A stretch of 32,120 nt of DNA from Catajapyx aquilonaris (lineage: Eukaryota). The notes beneath the pieces were generated by a model. The model had not been told where the DNA came from and did no database searches. It saw nothing but the letters and a program-made list of their open reading frames with translations. The stretch's first letter is position 1. Each line of letters starts with the position of its first letter. A program made the position numbers and the translations under genes. The stretch spans positions 1-32,120 of the forward strand of contig KZ539150.1 in assembly GCA_000934665.2 (NCBI GenBank), given 5' to 3'. Shown in pieces: positions 10,906 through 21,604 of the stretch.

Positions 10906-11071
10906 CTAGCAGCGGAGCACGTTCTTCGCACGACCTGTTTCTATGGTATTGTAATCGATGACAATCAGCCATATTTGACACAGTACCATGCGGAAACTGG
11001 TTGCCATGGTAACCAATCCCGGACAAACAAACAAACGCACTTTGCCTTTTATAATAATTTATAATAAAAGA
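10906..11071 (-). mobile_element. Non-autonomous Helitron, subfamily 2 (complete)
   Basis: 3' end A|CTAGCAGCGGAGCACGTTCTTCGCACG and 5' end ...CAAACAAACGCACTTTGCCTTTTATAAT...AAAAGA|T (TC start on the minus strand, A|T target). Confidence 0.8.
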
Positions 11072-12004
11072 TAATGATAGCAAATTTTCCATTGGCCCTG
11101 ATGCTTGTTCCCATTCATTTTAAAAGAAATAACCTAGATTAAACGCGGTGCACCAAGGTTTGTTTAGTGCAAGTGATGTTGATTTTGTCGGTATTTTGAC
11201 TTGGGGCATTAACGACAGAACCGTTTTGCTGTGTACATGATGTAGAACTTGACACGTCACATTTCAATTTTCCGACGCATATCTGCAGGGGGTTTATATG
11301 CCTCCAAAGTGCACGTTTTAACAGTGTTCATCTAGTTAGCACTCAGAACCTCGCGGGAAAATTTTCAGATGTACCCGCGGGGAACAGCAAGTGAGGGAGA
11401 GAGGGAGAGAGAGAGAGAGATGGGTATTAGATTCATCTGCAAATTGCAGCATGATGCTCCGCTTTCTAACTTGTAAACTGGCCATGAAAATGCGGGCGTT
11501 TATCGGATTCTCACGAGTGTGTTAACATGAGCCACAAAACGCCAAGGAATTACCCCTGGAAACACTTTCCAAGTGAACCCTTTTCGCCAAGTGCTATCGG
11601 TTCTAGAAGAGGGGGGTATATAGGGGTGGAAGGGGTATAGGAAGGGGGGATTAGGCCAAGCCAAGCAAGCGGGCCGTAATATATCGTAATCCTTGTAGTG
11701 TGTGTGTAGTATAATATTATAGTACTATAGCACGTGTGGGGGGGGGGGGGATGATGCCTCATCGAGTACACGATGCTCTCGGTCAAATAAGCAGATAATA
11801 ACCGCTAAACGTAGCCAGGAGAACCGCAAAAAAAAGAGAGCAGGATGTAGGAGGCAGGAGCAAGAGGATTTTGTGCTCACCTGTTGGTATCCCTGATCTT
11901 TACACTAGAATCATTAGATGATGATGATGGTTTTACATGGGATTTTTGTCATAGTCGTACACTTATTGAAGCGTCATGTTATTCGGAGATCACCTACGCT
12001 CTCA

Positions 12005-12480
12005 TTTTATTTGTTATTTTTGTTTTTTATTTTAATATTTTACTTCATCTTTACTTTCCTTATTTGTTATTTTATTTTTGTTTGTTGTAATACTTTGTGT
12101 TATTTGTTATTTATAATTTTATATATTTCCTGTTATTTGTTATTTATAATTTTATATATTTCCTGTTATTTGTTATTTTGTTAATTTTATTTGTTATTTT
12201 GTTAATTTTATTTGTTATTTTAATCTGCTTATTTTATTATATTATTAACATATGTTATTTATTTTTATATTAATTTATTTTATGTTATTTTAAATACATT
12301 ATACAGTATTATATTATTTTCTTTTATTCTACGCGTATTTATCTTTGTAATTTTTTACTTTATATAATAATGTGTATTATTATTATTTTATCGTGTTTAT
12401 TTTCATTTAATTGTTTTTATTGGTTTATTATTATAATATCATAATTATCTGAAATGTTACGGTAACTAATTAATGGCATT
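12005..12480. repeat. T-rich low-complexity tract with short tandem duplications (TTATTTGTTATTT)
   Basis: Very AT-rich. Exact local duplications such as TGTTATTTGTTATTTATAATTTTATATATTTCC x2. Confidence 0.8.
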
Positions 12481-12496
12481 ATAATTGATAATTAGT

Positions 12497-12562
12497 GACA
12501 TGTCTGCGGGATACCAGGTGAATCAGATCGTATCAACTTCACCTGGTAACCCGTAGCGTGTC
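12497..12562 (+). other. 66-nt stem-loop (pre-miRNA-like or tiny palindromic TE remnant)
   Basis: GACATGTCTGCGGGATACCAGGTGAA pairs with TTCACCTGGTAACCCGTAGCGTGTC: 24 pairs including 2 G:U, one mismatch, one bulge, 15-nt loop. Confidence 0.45.
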
Positions 12563-13594
12563 TACGTCATCGAAATGGGCGTGGCTATGTACGCAATGAG
12601 CGCCATCTGTGATTCAGGCAAGGAAGCTCTTAGACGACCCTTATAAAAAGCGTGCAATTTAATCAAAATAAATGTTCAGGTGATGGGGGCGCGTATGGCT
12701 TTATTCAACCAAGTTTTTTTATTGGGACATTACAAAAACACTTGGGTGTACAAGAGATCGTTTATTACCCTCCCCCCGTTTCCAGTGTATGGATGGCTCC
12801 AACCCTCGTGTCCCAAGTGGCAAGTGCAAGTGACATACGGAGTCCTCAGCTAGGGTCTGACCGGAGGGTCAAAACGCAGGCGGGAGAAACCTGTTGAGGG
12901 CAACCTTTCATGAAGAGAGTTTCCGCCCCCCATCCTCCCCATCCTCCTCTTTTATTTTATTTTTTGTTAGTGGCCAGCCTTCCACCGACGCCGAATTTAT
13001 CAGGAGGAATGGATCTAATGGCTCTCCAGGCCAAGGTTGCTATAACTCTCTCTTAAGCCTCCCAACCGCGCACTCGAATTAATCCATAAGTCTACTCTCT
13101 TTTTTTTTGTACCCGCAATAAATCGACCGATCTTTTTTTTTCTTGCTACATGTGACAAAACGGATGTCACCCAGTGACCCGACACCCAGGGACACATGGC
13201 TGGTCATTGCGAATTTATAGTGATGGCCTACCCGCCCAGTGCCAATAATAATGGCCTCTCCTGCCCAGGAATTTGTATGAAAAAATTTGATTGCAACATT
13301 ATGACACACCCTGTGTATGTATCGATGTGTAGTGTCGTTTGAGCGCAACCGCTTCCTCTCCATACTTAAAAAAAAAGAGGGGTGGGTGGACCTGTGGGTG
13401 GGGTAGGGTGCAACACTTGCTATGGGATTTGTGTAGCTGTACACAGTGCTCATCACTATGAAACAAAACCGCCGACAATGCAGTGTATGATGATGGTGAT
13501 TAATGCCCGCAGAGGGGGTTAATGCTTTGCTCGAATTGTGGGAGGGCATGTATAGGCCAGGCCTCGATTTTTTTTTTGGTCACGTTGGACTATA

Positions 13595-13753
13595 CCGGGT
13601 GCAACACCAGCTCATTACGCAACATCCGATCGGAATTGGCGCACTCTGATATAATGGAAAAAATCCTGATCAAAATCACTGCAACAAAACTTTTTTTGGC
13701 ATTTCTCTTTGAATCGTGACCGTTTGATGACACTGCAGTTCTGCTTCACCCTG
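13595..13753. mobile_element. Degenerate CAGGGTG-ended MITE remnant
   Basis: TA|CCGGGTGCAACA ... TGCTTCACCCTG|TG imperfect TIRs, similar to the ends of families A, B and G. Confidence 0.35.
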
Positions 13754-14454
13754 TGCGGTTGCATTATGCCCAAAATGGAGAGTAGTTATTGACCTGTCAT
13801 CGGAAGGTGGCTAATCGTGTTGCTACGCGCGTGTAATATGGAAGCAAAACCTGCTCCAGAATCGGGTATCCCCCCAGCCATATTTGCTCTGCAGATCAAA
13901 TAGTGACGATCACTCGTTGTACAAAAAAAAAGTGTGTCCTCCACCCCCTTCCACCACCACCAACCCCCCCCCCCCCCCNNNNATTTGCCAACATGATTTT
14001 GTGCGAGGTCCTCAATCCCCTGGTCCGGATGCTGCAGTGTCCACTGTTTGTGTCAGGAGCATCATCGCTGCCATTCAGCGACGCCCGATGCTATACCACT
14101 CTTGAATTTTGGACCCGGGCCAGCATCACATTGGGTGGGTGGAGTGGGTGGGGGGGGGCAACAGGAGAGAGAGAGAGAGAGAGAGAGAGAACGAGAGAGA
14201 GAAAAAAATTTGGACGCTTTTACCCCCCATTTTCCACCCGATTATATGGGCGTTTCCTTCTGCCTTTGCTGCACTTGCTAAACAACAACAGTTTTTTTAA
14301 AAAATCCTGGGCAGGTGCATTATTTTTCCTGAAAAACGTTTGCAAAGTAAGACACAATGAAGATAATGTCTCGAATTTCAATCAAAATGTCGCTTTGCAT
14401 TTCTAGTATTAATTATACGTAGCTCAGATGTGCCTGAATTGTTTTTTTGCCTAT

Positions 14455-15710
14455 TTTTTGCATGTTTTTATGAACAAATGAAGAATGAACATTTAATAAC
14501 TAAAATAATGACTAAAAATATAACTTATCAGTGAGGCTTAACGTCGGCCTATTTCTGCCTCTAAGCGTCTAAGGCCCAACACCGACGCCAGGGGGTGGTC
14601 CTCCTCCTGGAAATTTTGCCACTCTGGGGATCTTTAACGTGCACTCGCGCAATGTCACAAGCACACGGGACCGACGGATTTACTTCCCCTCCGAAGGAAG
14701 GCGCGCTCTCACTTTTCTACCACCCGGAGAAAAGTCACCGACCTCGGCCGGGTTCGCACTCACAACCTTGGGACCAGAGGCGAACGCGCTAACCACTAGT
14801 CCACCGGCGCGGCGCCGGCTACTAAAATTATAACTCAAATAATGGCTAAATTAACTAAAATGGCTAAAAATAACAAAGTAACTAATAAATGACGAATGTT
14901 TTTAATCATTGCATGTTTCATGAACAAAATGAAGAACTAACACTAAATAACTCTAACGTGCTATATAAAATAACAGCTAAGACAGTAGCTTAAATTAACT
15001 AAATGACTAATGTTTCAATTCTTTCGGGTTTTTATGAACAAATGAAGAACTAAGACATCTAAAACAATAGCTTAAATTAATGAAAACTATAGCTTAAATT
15101 AATGAAAACTATAGCTTAAATTAATGAAAACTATAGCTTAAATTAACTACAATAACTAAAAATAGCTAAATGACTAATGTTTTTATTCTTGCATGCTTTT
15201 ACGAACAAAATGTGTAGACTAACACTAAGTAACTGAAATAGCTAAAAATCACAACTGAAATAACTAAAATAACAGCTTAAATTGACTATTGTTATTGAAG
15301 TTACTGAAATAACTAAAATAATAGCTTAAATTGACTATTGTTATTGACGTTACTGAAATAACTAAAATAATAACTTATCTTAAAATGACTATTGTTATAG
15401 AAGTTACTGAAATAATTAAAATAATAGCTTAAATTGACTATTGTTATTGAAGTGACTGAAATAACTAAAATAATAGCTTAAATTACGTAATTGTTATAGA
15501 ATATATTGAAGCTTATTTATAAATAAGCTTCAATAACTGAAATAATAGTTCAATAGTGACTAAAATAACTTGAATAATAATAAAGAAATTGCTAAAATAA
15601 TAGCTTAAAATCAACTATAATTTGTGCAATTGTCATATACCGGCAGCACAAATTAGCCATTTCAGTTATTTTCGGCTAATTTTAAGCTATTATTTTAGTT
15701 ATTTTTTAAG
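14455..15710. repeat. Compound AT-rich tandem array (22-bp, about 50-bp and longer units) interrupted by a SINE
   Basis: ATAGCTTAAATTAATGAAAACT x3 at about 15067-15135. AACTAAAATAATAGCTTAAATTGACTATTGTTATTGAAGTTACTGAAAT x4-5 at about 15260-15480. TTTATGAACAAATGAAGAA-like unit x4. Inverted units at 15660-15710. Confidence 0.85.
14526..14820 (-). mobile_element. tRNA-derived SINE, family 2, with Deu/Nin-like conserved central domain
   Basis: Minus strand has A box GGTGGACTAGTGGTT, degenerate B box GAGTGCGAACCC, then CCTTCGGAGGGGAAGTAAATCCGTCGGTCCC and GCACGTTAAAGATCCC. 15-bp TSD ACTAAAA(A/T)TATAACT at 14511-14525 and 14821-14835. Confidence 0.85.
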
Positions 15711-16729
15711 CCTATACATTTTGTATAGGACGCTATAGTCGTACAACTGGCAGTGAGTCGTGCTAATTCTAGTTCTGATATCTGACCTGCAGTTAGATGT
15801 GCAATTTGACACCCTGTATATTAGGGCTGGATGGGCCTGGAGGATTGCAGTTAAGAATAATTGGTAATTAAAACTCCCCCATCCTTATATTTTAGCCCTC
15901 CCTCTGCACCAATAGGCGTTCTTCTGTGCATTCCTCTCTCCTATATACGATAATGGCGGAATGACAAGGAGGGAAAACTCTCTCCCCCCACTGCTGTCTA
16001 TTCATAAGCGGGTATTGAACTGTGGAAACTGTGCATTACAAGGAGCGAATGAGATTCCTTCTGAGCAAGCTCCGCGGGTTAGACGTCTGGAAATTTTGGG
16101 AGGAGGAGGAGGAGGAGGAGGGAAGTCTCCTCCCATCCCTACCTGCCCCTCTCCATCTACTGCTCCCCCCTTCTACTCCCCTGGAACCATCCTCCTACTT
16201 AGCCTGTCCTTGCCTGCAGCATGGCGGGAATAATTAGCAGCTGATCAATAATTAATCCTCCCGGAGGCCACTGCCAGGTAATTACTAGTCCGGAGCCTGC
16301 CTGCCTGCCTGCCTGCCCTGCTCTGCCATCTCATGTATATACGGAGACCTGCACATTCTCAGTCTGGAATTTGCTCAGAGTAATTGTCCTCTGCTCATTA
16401 CTCTCTCTTTTTTATTGGGAGAAGAAAAAAAAAAGTTGGGCAGGTCCATTGCGTCACATGCCATAGCTGAAGTATTCTTGATTGCAGAGAGACGAGGGCA
16501 TCAGAGGGACAGTTCAAATGGGCCAATTCTGGGGAAATTTTTTCAATGGTTGGCTACATGTTAAAGAGTGATTTTACCTCCCTATAGCTACGCATAATTA
16601 TTGCAATTGAACATAAATTGAGATTCACTGAAACAATTGGCATGAAACTTCAAAGAATGCAAATTTCTTGCGGGTCCATGCACCAGGTAATTTTTTGCTA
16701 AAAACTACAAGGGTTTTATTGGCAAAAGT

Positions 16730-17207
16730 TTCATTTAAAACGAGCCGGGTTACCTACCTGCCAGGTTAAGTCGTACTTATTTATAAAATTCAAATTATCC
16801 GGATAACGAGACTTCGTGGACCAAACGACACCTCTACACAAAATGATATCCTGACACATACCAACTCGTACTTATATTTCAATATTCAATTAATACTAAT
16901 ATTACCAGCTAATGTTTTTGCTACTACAACTAAAAGAAACTGCTTAAAACAGCGTTTTATTGCTAAAAATGAAATATTCGACTAATACTATTTCCAGCTA
17001 ATTTTTCCTACTAAAACAGCATTTTATTGTTGAAAATTTAATATTTCCAGCTAACTAAAAAAATGCATTTAAAACGAGTCACGTTACCTACCTTCCACGA
17101 TAAATCATACTTATTGCAAAAAAAAAAAAAAAAATTATCCTGGTAACGAGGTTTCGTAGACCAAACGACACCTCTACACAAAATGATCCCCTGGCTCATA
17201 ACAATTC
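16730..17207. repeat. Diverged direct repeat, about 135-bp unit at 334-bp spacing
   Basis: CATTTAAAACGAG..GTTACCTACCT..AAATTATCC..TAACGAG..ACCAAACGACACCTCTACACAAAATGAT occurs at about 16732-16867 and 17066-17207. Confidence 0.85.
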
Positions 17208-17858
17208 ATCAGAGCAGTTTGTCATAATCATTATGCACACACACATATTTGTAGCGAATTTCCCATTTTCAGCGAAATCGTTTTGTTGCGCACCTCCTGT
17301 TGTAATGGGACAGAACATGTGATATGAGTAATTCAAGGGGAGTGATTATTTATGTGAGTAGATGGAGTGAAAAAGGGGGAAAAGGACTTGATGGGATGAG
17401 GAGAAGAAGATGGTGATGAAGAATGGAGTTGGCAAGAAAGGGGGAGAGGCTTTAGATGCCCTGCGAAAAAGGAGGCATAAGAAGACGGCGCCAGAAAGTC
17501 GCGCAGCTTCTCTTCCGGATCCCAGCCCGGAATTTTGCCCTCCTTCCCAACCCACTTCTTACCACCCACTCTATTTTTTTTTTACGCCCAACACAAACCA
17601 CCCGTTGCGACCGTCCGAAGAATTATTGCGCTGCCAGCAATCCGGATCGCGCAAAGTAATTGAGGAAACATGTCTTCCCCACAAGATCCTCGCCTCGTCC
17701 CTGTCACTAAGTGGTCGAACTGTCATTAAACAGCAAAGTTAGATTAAAAGAATCGGAATCAAATCTGGACGATTGACTGGAAAACCGGCACTCGTGATAT
17801 TCTGCATATGACACGTCACAATTTTCTCTATGGAAATAGTTTTATCTTGTTACTTATA

Positions 17859-18065
17859 CAGGGTGGTCTAAGTTCAAGTGTCGTTTTATAACGGCGATTA
17901 ATCGCAGTGATTTTGCGATGACGTAGCAGCGACGCGTAAAATGTCCCACTTCGGCGCATCTTCGGCGCGATCGAAGTGGGCAATTTTACACGTCGCTGCT
18001 ACGTCATCGTTAAGCGCTTCTATTAATCGCCGTTATAAAACGACACTTGAACTTGGACCACCCTG
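17859..18065. mobile_element. Palindromic MITE family A, second copy (opposite orientation)
   Basis: TA|CAGGGTGGTCTAAGTTCAAGTGTCG ... CGACACTTGAACTTGGACCACCCTG|TA. Interior is the reverse complement of 8412-8619. Confidence 0.93.
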
Positions 18066-18069
18066 TATA

Positions 18070-18393
18070 CAGGGTGTTTCAACTTTTTTTTCGTCCGAAC
18101 AGTTATCGGAAAATTGCACGTAGCTGCTACTTTGTAAGCTGTGACTTGCGACCGGTGATTTGTCGGAGGAATGGGGAGTGGGGAAAAAGAGGGTCACACA
18201 TCCCATGGCATGTGTGACCCTCTTTTTTTCCAGGCTTATTGACCCTCCATTTTCAGTGGGCACCACTTCAACCTACGATTCGCAGGGAATATTCCCCGTT
18301 CCTCCCAAAAAAAATCACCGTTTTGCAAGTCACTGCTTACAAAGTAGCAGCTACGTGCAATTTTCCAATAACTGTTCGGACAAAAAAAAGTTG
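18070..18393. mobile_element. Palindromic MITE family B (right TIR tip missing)
   Basis: TA|CAGGGTGTTTCAACTTTTTTT.. with about 100-bp arms and an internal hairpin AAAAAGAGGGTCACACA/TGTGTGACCCTCTTTTT. Reverse complement of 27867-28192 but lacks the terminal AAACACCCTG. Confidence 0.9.
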
Positions 18394-18455
18394 TATGAAG
18401 CAGAAAGTTTCTCTGTTTGTATGTCCGGAGGGAAAAGTCACAAAACAAAACAATT

Positions 18456-18781
18456 CAAACTTTTTCTCATCGAAGAAAGTATAGAACGGCTCCGTCCGTC
18501 CGTCAGTCTGTCTGTGGACAGCTATCAAAGCCTAAACCGCAAGCGATATCGACAAACGATTTTCGGATTCGGATTCAGTGGAATATAAATAGGTTTCATG
18601 GTAATAAACTCCTGGTGGACCGGCCACTTCCGGTTTTCCGGGTTCACTACATCCGCCAATTTCAAGTCTACATGCTTTAGAAATAATTTTCCTTGGATTA
18701 CTTGGCATTGTTGGCATTGTTATCCTATTTGAATTTACTTGACAATGAAAAGAAGTCTACTCGAATCACGCTCGCGTCTTG
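18456..18781 (+). mobile_element. DINE-1/HINE-like element, family E, second copy
   Basis: 5' palindrome ACTTTTTCTCATCGAAGAAAGT, microsatellite TCCGTCCGTCCGTCAGTCTGTCTG, and 3' end CAATGAAAAGAAGTCTACTCGAATCACGCTCGCGT as in 8963-9360. Confidence 0.72.
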
Positions 18782-20180
18782 TTTTTGAGTCCGAGTACCG
18801 ATAATAATTTAGGATCTGATCTATAGTTAAATATTTATCAATAACCTGAGATAAATGTGAGGGTTTGTAAAGTGTGGCACTGTATTGTCTTTAAACATCT
18901 GAAGCAGTAACACTGCTTCAAGTATAATCCTCCGAGTACTAAACCGAGCTCCTAATTAGTCGTGCATTATTAATAAGATTTAAAGTGATTTTCAGGGCAT
19001 TGGCTTGTAAGAAAGTGGGCTTCAATACTGTACAGTACATAATATAGTACAGTGCGTATGCGGCTCAGTGAAATGTTTGAAAACCGCGTTTTGTGACCAC
19101 CTGTAGCTGCTCCTATTTTCCTAATAAATTCAATTATGTCTTACAGTGAATCTGAGCGGGTGAACCTCTCTTAAACAGCTGGAATTGCACTGTAATATGA
19201 TATAACTATTGCAGGTTACCAGTCTAATTCACTATAGTTCGTTATAGGGTTGGCTTAGGTGACATCATGAGGCACCTTGTATTTGGCTCCCAGTTTTTCT
19301 CCCTCTGGCTTCTCTCTGCTGGGTAATGGTGGGTGTGTCCCAGATACACCCTTGGTCCATTCAGCCACAGGTCAACTGGAGAGCGATATGGACCAGTCTG
19401 GTGGCAAAAGGACCCTCGAGCAGACCATACCAGTGGCGATGATCCTGCAGCACCAAAAGCTCTTATCTGCGCACAATTATGCCACCCCCAGCATTTTTTT
19501 TTTGTGGGGCATTCAATACCTTACCTATCGTTATGCTCGACTTATTCTGTAATCAGAGTGCAAGTGATGTGCTGAAATGTATATAGAGATGGGTGTCGCC
19601 AACGAGGGTATGGGAGTCAGTGGCAGCTGGCGAATTAGCAGGCTAATGTTGATTATCGGCCTTCCAGTGTTGGGCGCGTCCAGCCAGTCAGCTCATCTGG
19701 AAATTGATCTGGGCGGAATAATTGGGCCTCGATTTAAATGATGATCAAGCGACGGTTATGTGAGGGGTGGGCGTCATCATCCAGGACACATTCCAACCCA
19801 CTCTTTGCATCTAGGCTTCTTGCGGAGGAGGATAGGAAGGGGGGGGGGGGGGACCAATCCCGCTAAGTAGATGCCCAATTAGCAAATGGGACACACGCCT
19901 CGTCTTTTTCTACCTTATTTTTTTTAATACTGCGTCTTGTTACCTAAACATTTCACCTGGGCCTGTGGAATCCCATGACACTCACAGCTCTCCCCATACA
20001 CTCTCAGTAACCTCAATATTGAAATTACACTTTTGTAAAAAAAAATGTCATGTCTAATGTAGCACTTCGTGGGTAACCATACATGGTTCGTTAGGTTAAG
20101 TTAGGTAAGGTTCAAGGTAACTTATGGAGCATAGGTTACTCTTTCCTCATGTGCATTAATTCACACCATTCAAATAACTA

Positions 20181-20452
20181 CACTGTAAACCATAAAACAT
20201 TAAAAGAGTATCACTTGTGAGTCTCCGATGAAGAATTAATTTTTAATGCTCTCGTAATGCTCTTGTGATGCTTTTTGCAATGAAGAAGTACAAGAGCATT
20301 ATAAGAGCATTAAAAATAATAACAAATAATGCTATTGCGATGCTATTATAATGCTTTTAAGCAACAAAGTACAAGAGCATTAGAAGAGCATTACTGACGC
20401 TCCATGGGAGACTCACCAATGATGCTCTCTTAATGTTTTGATGTTTACAGTG
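20181..20452. mobile_element. Palindromic MITE family D, second copy
   Basis: TA|CACTGTAAAC ... GTTTACAGTG|TA with internal AAGAGCATTA/TAATGCTCTT repeats. Confidence 0.88.
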
Positions 20453-21324
20453 TACTTAAAAGTAATAGCATGCATTTTAGTTTTTGATGCTTGAACTATA
20501 GTTTTCGGAGTTTATTCCGCACACTTTTTTTTTGTTAAGCTCAGTACACGGCGTGCTCTGCTTCACTGTATGTTACGCACCTGAGGCCTTGACTCTTCCA
20601 ACCTTTGGGTGCCAGGTTTTGAAACCCATAGGCGTACAGTAATTTTATGGCTCGAAAAAAAACCGCTTCGGGTTCTTAATAATATACTCTGTAAATTTTC
20701 ACGTCCAAGTTGCATCACCAATAGTGTAACTTTTTGTTGATTTTACATGAAAATTTTCGGACGTCATAGTGAAATGTTGCACCCGTTATCCTGCCAGAGC
20801 GATAACCCTTTAGACTGGTAAGTTCAGCAAGTTGCCTTCTCGGCAGGATGAGAACAATAATATTCTCCTAGATACTTTACACTCGAATTATGACAAGTTT
20901 CTGCACTTTTATTAGGTGTTACACACACCGGATGGGGAAGCGTAAACAGCCCGTATTTACAATCTGTGTAGTTGCACTCCCGAGTTTACAGTAGTTTTTT
21001 CCCTGTCTGTGTACGATGCAACAGTGCTTATTATTTATGCTCATCTTGTATGCTTGCTTTGCTTTTGGCCTTAATGTTGCAAGCGTACGAGTAAATCTCG
21101 TTTGCACGATGGTTGGCTGTGTAATTAAGCTCTTCCAAACTGCGAGAATGAAAGGCAGGTTATTTGACCAGACCTGTCAGACATACCATACAACCATCAG
21201 CACTCAACCCAGGCGAAATCTACTGTATATGGGATTAAAGCAGTCCAGCTTTCAGACTATTTTCTGTACAAAGAGTTGTGTTCTTTTCTTCAATAAACTG
21301 TGGGACCGGAAGTATGTTCTTACT

Positions 21325-21532
21325 GTAACTGTGGGGACTACTGTCCTCACAATTTCTCTTGTGGGGACATTTTGGGTCCCCACATCTTCACACACCAGAA
21401 CGTTACCGTTATAGTGGTGACATGTCCCCGCAATTTCGATTTGCAGGGTTTCACGAGGGTCCATTATTTCTCTCAGTCTAGGTTAGGTTACACTAGCTTC
21501 GAAAAGTTCGAGTTTTCAACGTCCCCATAGCT
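21325..21532. mobile_element. Degenerate non-autonomous DNA element with GTGGGGAC/GTCCCCAC motifs
   Basis: CTGTGGGGAC at left and GTCCCCATAG at right, internal palindrome GTGGGGACATTTTGGGTCCCCAC, and GGTTAGGTTA. Ends and TSD unclear. Confidence 0.4.
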
Positions 21533-21604
21533 TATTGAACGCAAGTCTGTGCGTGTTGCCTCGTGTGTCTGGTGACAGGCCAATGTGTTTCGTATGGATG
21601 AATT

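Larger units (their letters stand above)
17845..18815 (+). mobile_element. Helitron subfamily 1 copy (H4) interrupted by MITE A, MITE B and HINE E
   Basis: Head A|TCTTGTTACTTATA[A][B]TATGAAGCAGAAAGTTTCTCTGTTTGTATGTCC, then GAGGGAAAAGTCACAAAAC..[E]..TTTTTGAGTCC matching the Helitron interior. Internally deleted, no CTAG end. Confidence 0.6.

Noticed and set aside
11884..12184. Hydrophobic membrane-protein-like ORFs
   Set aside because: The F/L/I/Y richness comes from the T-rich low-complexity tract.
15760..15820. Whole 14.4-15.8 kb AT array as one CAGGGTG-ended transposon
   Set aside because: Only a right-hand GACACCCTG|TA end is visible; no matching left TIR found.
19277..19552. Coding-looking GC-balanced segment (exon or LINE fragment)
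   Set aside because: No recognisable motif in the frames I read and no convincing splice-site pair.
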